From Mobula hypostoma (lineage: Eukaryota): a DNA stretch of 64,000 bases. A program made the position numbers and the translations under genes. The notes under the pieces are model-generated. The model worked only from the letters and a program-made list of their open reading frames with translations. It had not been told where the DNA came from and ran no database searches. This document shows, piece by piece, positions 61,222-64,000 of the stretch; the first letter of the stretch is position 1; each line of letters starts with the position of its first letter. The stretch lies in assembly GCF_963921235.1 (NCBI RefSeq), contig NC_086097.1, positions 43,154,001-43,218,000 on the forward strand, in the 5' to 3' direction.

Positions 61222-62517
61222 TCACATTCCTCCACTATTTCCATGAATAACCTGATCTTTACCTCAAGAACACATTCTTCCAAATCAGATCTGCTCCCTA
61301 ATGCTCCCTTCATCCCAATTTTGGCTAGTGTGTCACATACCTCAAATCTCAGGTAAAGACTGAACATCTTTGTAATCCTTCCAATTATCTCTTGATTTTC
61401 TTTGTCACTTCATAACACCCTTCACATTCTCCCACATTTTAGAGTTTGCAGTAACTTTGTACTCAGTTTTCAGCCAAACAACCGTTTTCTGTCCATGTGA
61501 TTTAATGGGCTTAATTTCATCAAAGAGCCTATTTAAAACTGAAGCATAATGTCCAATTTCTTTTGTATTTAAAAATAATTATGCAGTTAGTGATAAACAG
61601 CTCGGCATGGATGTGATTGACTGAAAGGCTTGTTTCTGTGCTATACAACTCCATAACAGCAGGTCAGAAGCCAGGTACCCTATGGTGAGTAACCTGCTAC
61701 TGACTTCTCAGTGCTTGTTCACCAGTCTATACAGGCATAAGGGAAGAGAATAATGGAATACACCATGTGCCTGGATGAATGCAACTCCAATGGTACAACC
61801 AGAAAGCACTCGTCTAAAGTAATCCATGCACCTGTTCTAATACGTTAAACATTCTCTACCACCAGAGCTCTGAGGCTGCATTCCGTGCAACTTGCAAATG
61901 CACTGAACTGCTTGATAAGACTTCCTCTTGGCATGATGGTGACAAACATGGGCTGCCTCAGATACCCATGATCTTTATCATCTTAAGGTTAAAGGCAGTA
62001 GTTGTCAGGGAACACTGCCTAACATTGGCCCAACTCAAACAACACTTCCATTGTCATTGGGCCTAAATACTAGATCTATTTTTACCCAACATTTATTATC
62101 TCTCATTCAAATCTATATTGATTCCCTTAATAATTAAAAAATCATCTTGACCTTAAGTATAAACAAGGATTCTGCCCGCACAGCACTCAATGCAGGGAGC
62201 TCCATAGACTTGGAACCCTCAATCTTCCTCATCTCAGCATTAAATGTGGGTACCCTCTTCTGTATTCTGGGAAAATGTCTTCCAGTTCTGGACTTATCCA
62301 TGAGAGGAAACATCTTTTCAGTATAATGTTACATGGGTCCATAAGAATTTTATTAACGGTATATAAGGTATGTGGTTACATAAAAGCAGATCACAGGTTC
62401 CGCATGACTTAATTGACAGATGAAACACTCATTAACGGCATTGTTTTTGCACGTTAACTTTCTTTCAACCACCCGCCTCCACTAACTTTTTTAAGAACTT
62501 ATTAATGAATGTCCTAC

Positions 62518-62550
62518 CTCAGATGCCTGCAAATCTTGCTCGGGTTCCTC
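62518..62550 (-). CDS. NEMF: NEMF 33-nt coding exon
   Basis: AACCAG| EEPEQDLQASE |GTAGGA. Phase 0/0, linking the flanking exons in frame. Confidence 0.75.
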
Positions 62551-62671
62551 CTGGTTCCAAGTGATAATAAAATAATATAAATATTAATAGAATACACTTA
62601 TTACCAAGTGAATGTACAAGCTACCAAATAAAACTACTTGGAACCAAAACTCAGAGACGACTGTGCTTTAC

Positions 62672-62869
62672 CTCTTGTTGATCTTCTGCCGGAGTCCCCT
62701 CCAGAGTCATTTCTGCCATATGATGTGTCACAGTCTCTAGAGCATGTGCTTTGCTTTGGATATTACCTGCTTCTTTCAAAGTTTGCTTTTTCTCCTGTTT
62801 TTTAGGCAGTTCTTTTGTTTTCCCTTTTTTCCCTTTCCTAGCCTTTTCCTCTTTACTTGGTCCTGCTGA
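62672..62869 (-). CDS. NEMF: NEMF coding exon
   Basis: ATTCAG| SAGPSKEEKARKGKKGK...EDQQE |GTAAAG. Confidence 0.9.
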
Positions 62870-62953
62870 CTGAATCCACATAACATAAATTAAAATTTGA
62901 GCATTAAATTTAAAAACAATCTGCTTTTTCCATTGATGCAAATTTATCCTTAC

Positions 62954-63031
62954 CCCAAGTAATTTCATCATTAATTCACGATCCTCCTCATCCTGATCTT
63001 TATATTTTTCTTTAATTTTCTTCAGTTTAGC
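62954..63031 (-). CDS. NEMF: NEMF coding exon
   Basis: ATTAAG| AKLKKIKEKYKDQDEEDRELMMKLLG |GTAAGG, a hallmark NEMF/Rqc2 motif. Confidence 0.95.
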
Positions 63032-63423
63032 CTTAATTTTGCAAAACAAAGTAATAACATTAAGACAGCAGGAATGCATGACACTAACCAATTACATCTT
63101 CAATGGACTAATATTAGCAAAATTTACACCGAGCAGAATGATTTACATTGTCTCTATATACACCTTTAATTATGTTTTTCAGGTATTGTGCTTAACGCCG
63201 GTGCTGAAGCAGGTCACATTTCGCAAAATTAAGTTTAAAGTAATGCTCCCTTTGCCCTTCCCTACTGTACTTCAGCACAACCAAGGTGTGGCTTTTCAGA
63301 ATGAGATTTAAGGCCAGAGGATCCATGTCACTATGAATATTTGTGGAAAAATTATTATAGAATATTACAAATCACTAAATAGGAATTATTTAAAGCAAGG
63401 CCTTTAAACATTTTACCCTTTAC

Positions 63424-63559
63424 CTTTTGTCCCCTCTTCAGTGGCTGTTGGGAAGATGATTTTTTAGTATCCTGGTCTTCCACAGATGTTTTGCTGGATT
63501 CAGGTTGAATTGTTTGTTCTAAGCTTTCATTTTCACTCCTCTTCTTCTTTTTCAGTTCT
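63424..63559 (-). CDS. NEMF: NEMF coding exon (gene continues beyond the window)
   Basis: TTCCAG| ELKKKKRSENES...QQPLKRGQK |GTAAAG. Confidence 0.9.
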
Positions 63560-64000
63560 CTGGAACACAAAAAAAAATTAGTCTTTCTGCACCAGGAAGC
63601 ATAAATTTGTAAGCTGCACGTTGATTAAATCGCATCCCTTGTCCTATAACTGTTCCCTCTGGGGAAACCCTGATCTACCCCCTTTCTTCCCGGCACCTTC
63701 CCAATACCCAAAGGAGATGCATCACCTTTTCTTTTATCTTCACCCTTCCCTTTGTATGGGATTCCAAATATTCTTTCAGTTGTATTTCTTAAAATTTAGT
63801 AATTCAATGCTCACAGTGTAATCTCTACGAGGGAGAAAGGGTAACCACTTTGCAGAGCATGTCATATTCTATCTGCAAGCATGACTCCAAGCTCTCAGTT
63901 GCCACTTACTTCCCATATTACTATGCTATTCAGATGAAGCCCAATGGAATTTGAACAATGGCACCACAGAAGTGTAGCGGTTAGCATGATGCTATTACAG

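Overview
Repeat-rich vertebrate genomic DNA. The repeat landscape (abundant CR1 LINEs, V-domain/HE1-like SINEs, Penelope-like elements) suggests a cartilaginous fish; this is inference. Two host genes can be read directly. (1) KLHDC2 is complete on the + strand: 13 coding exons from 17689 to 53365, 1269 nt, about 422 aa. It is a kelch-repeat CRL2 substrate receptor ending ...SNTSGS, with a probable CpG-island promoter and non-coding first exon near 7.25-7.6 kb. (2) The last 8 coding exons of NEMF lie on the - strand (63559 to 55379), tail-to-tail with KLHDC2 as in human. Most remaining ORFs are fragments of CR1, Rex/Babar-type and Penelope retroelements, Tigger/pogo, Tc1 and hAT DNA transposons, or antisense shadows of these. 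The most notable observations are: a minimal hammerhead-ribozyme core clamped in a 58-bp inverted repeat inside a KLHDC2 intron, with sister copies elsewhere; an apparent GA-AG non-canonical intron; a tandem-duplicated splice donor that could yield a truncated KLHDC2 lacking its Cullin-binding tail; inverted CR1 copies bracketing an in-frame exon pair; and a head-to-head Tigger pair with an internal 220-bp palindrome. Identity values are visual estimates unless counted explicitly.
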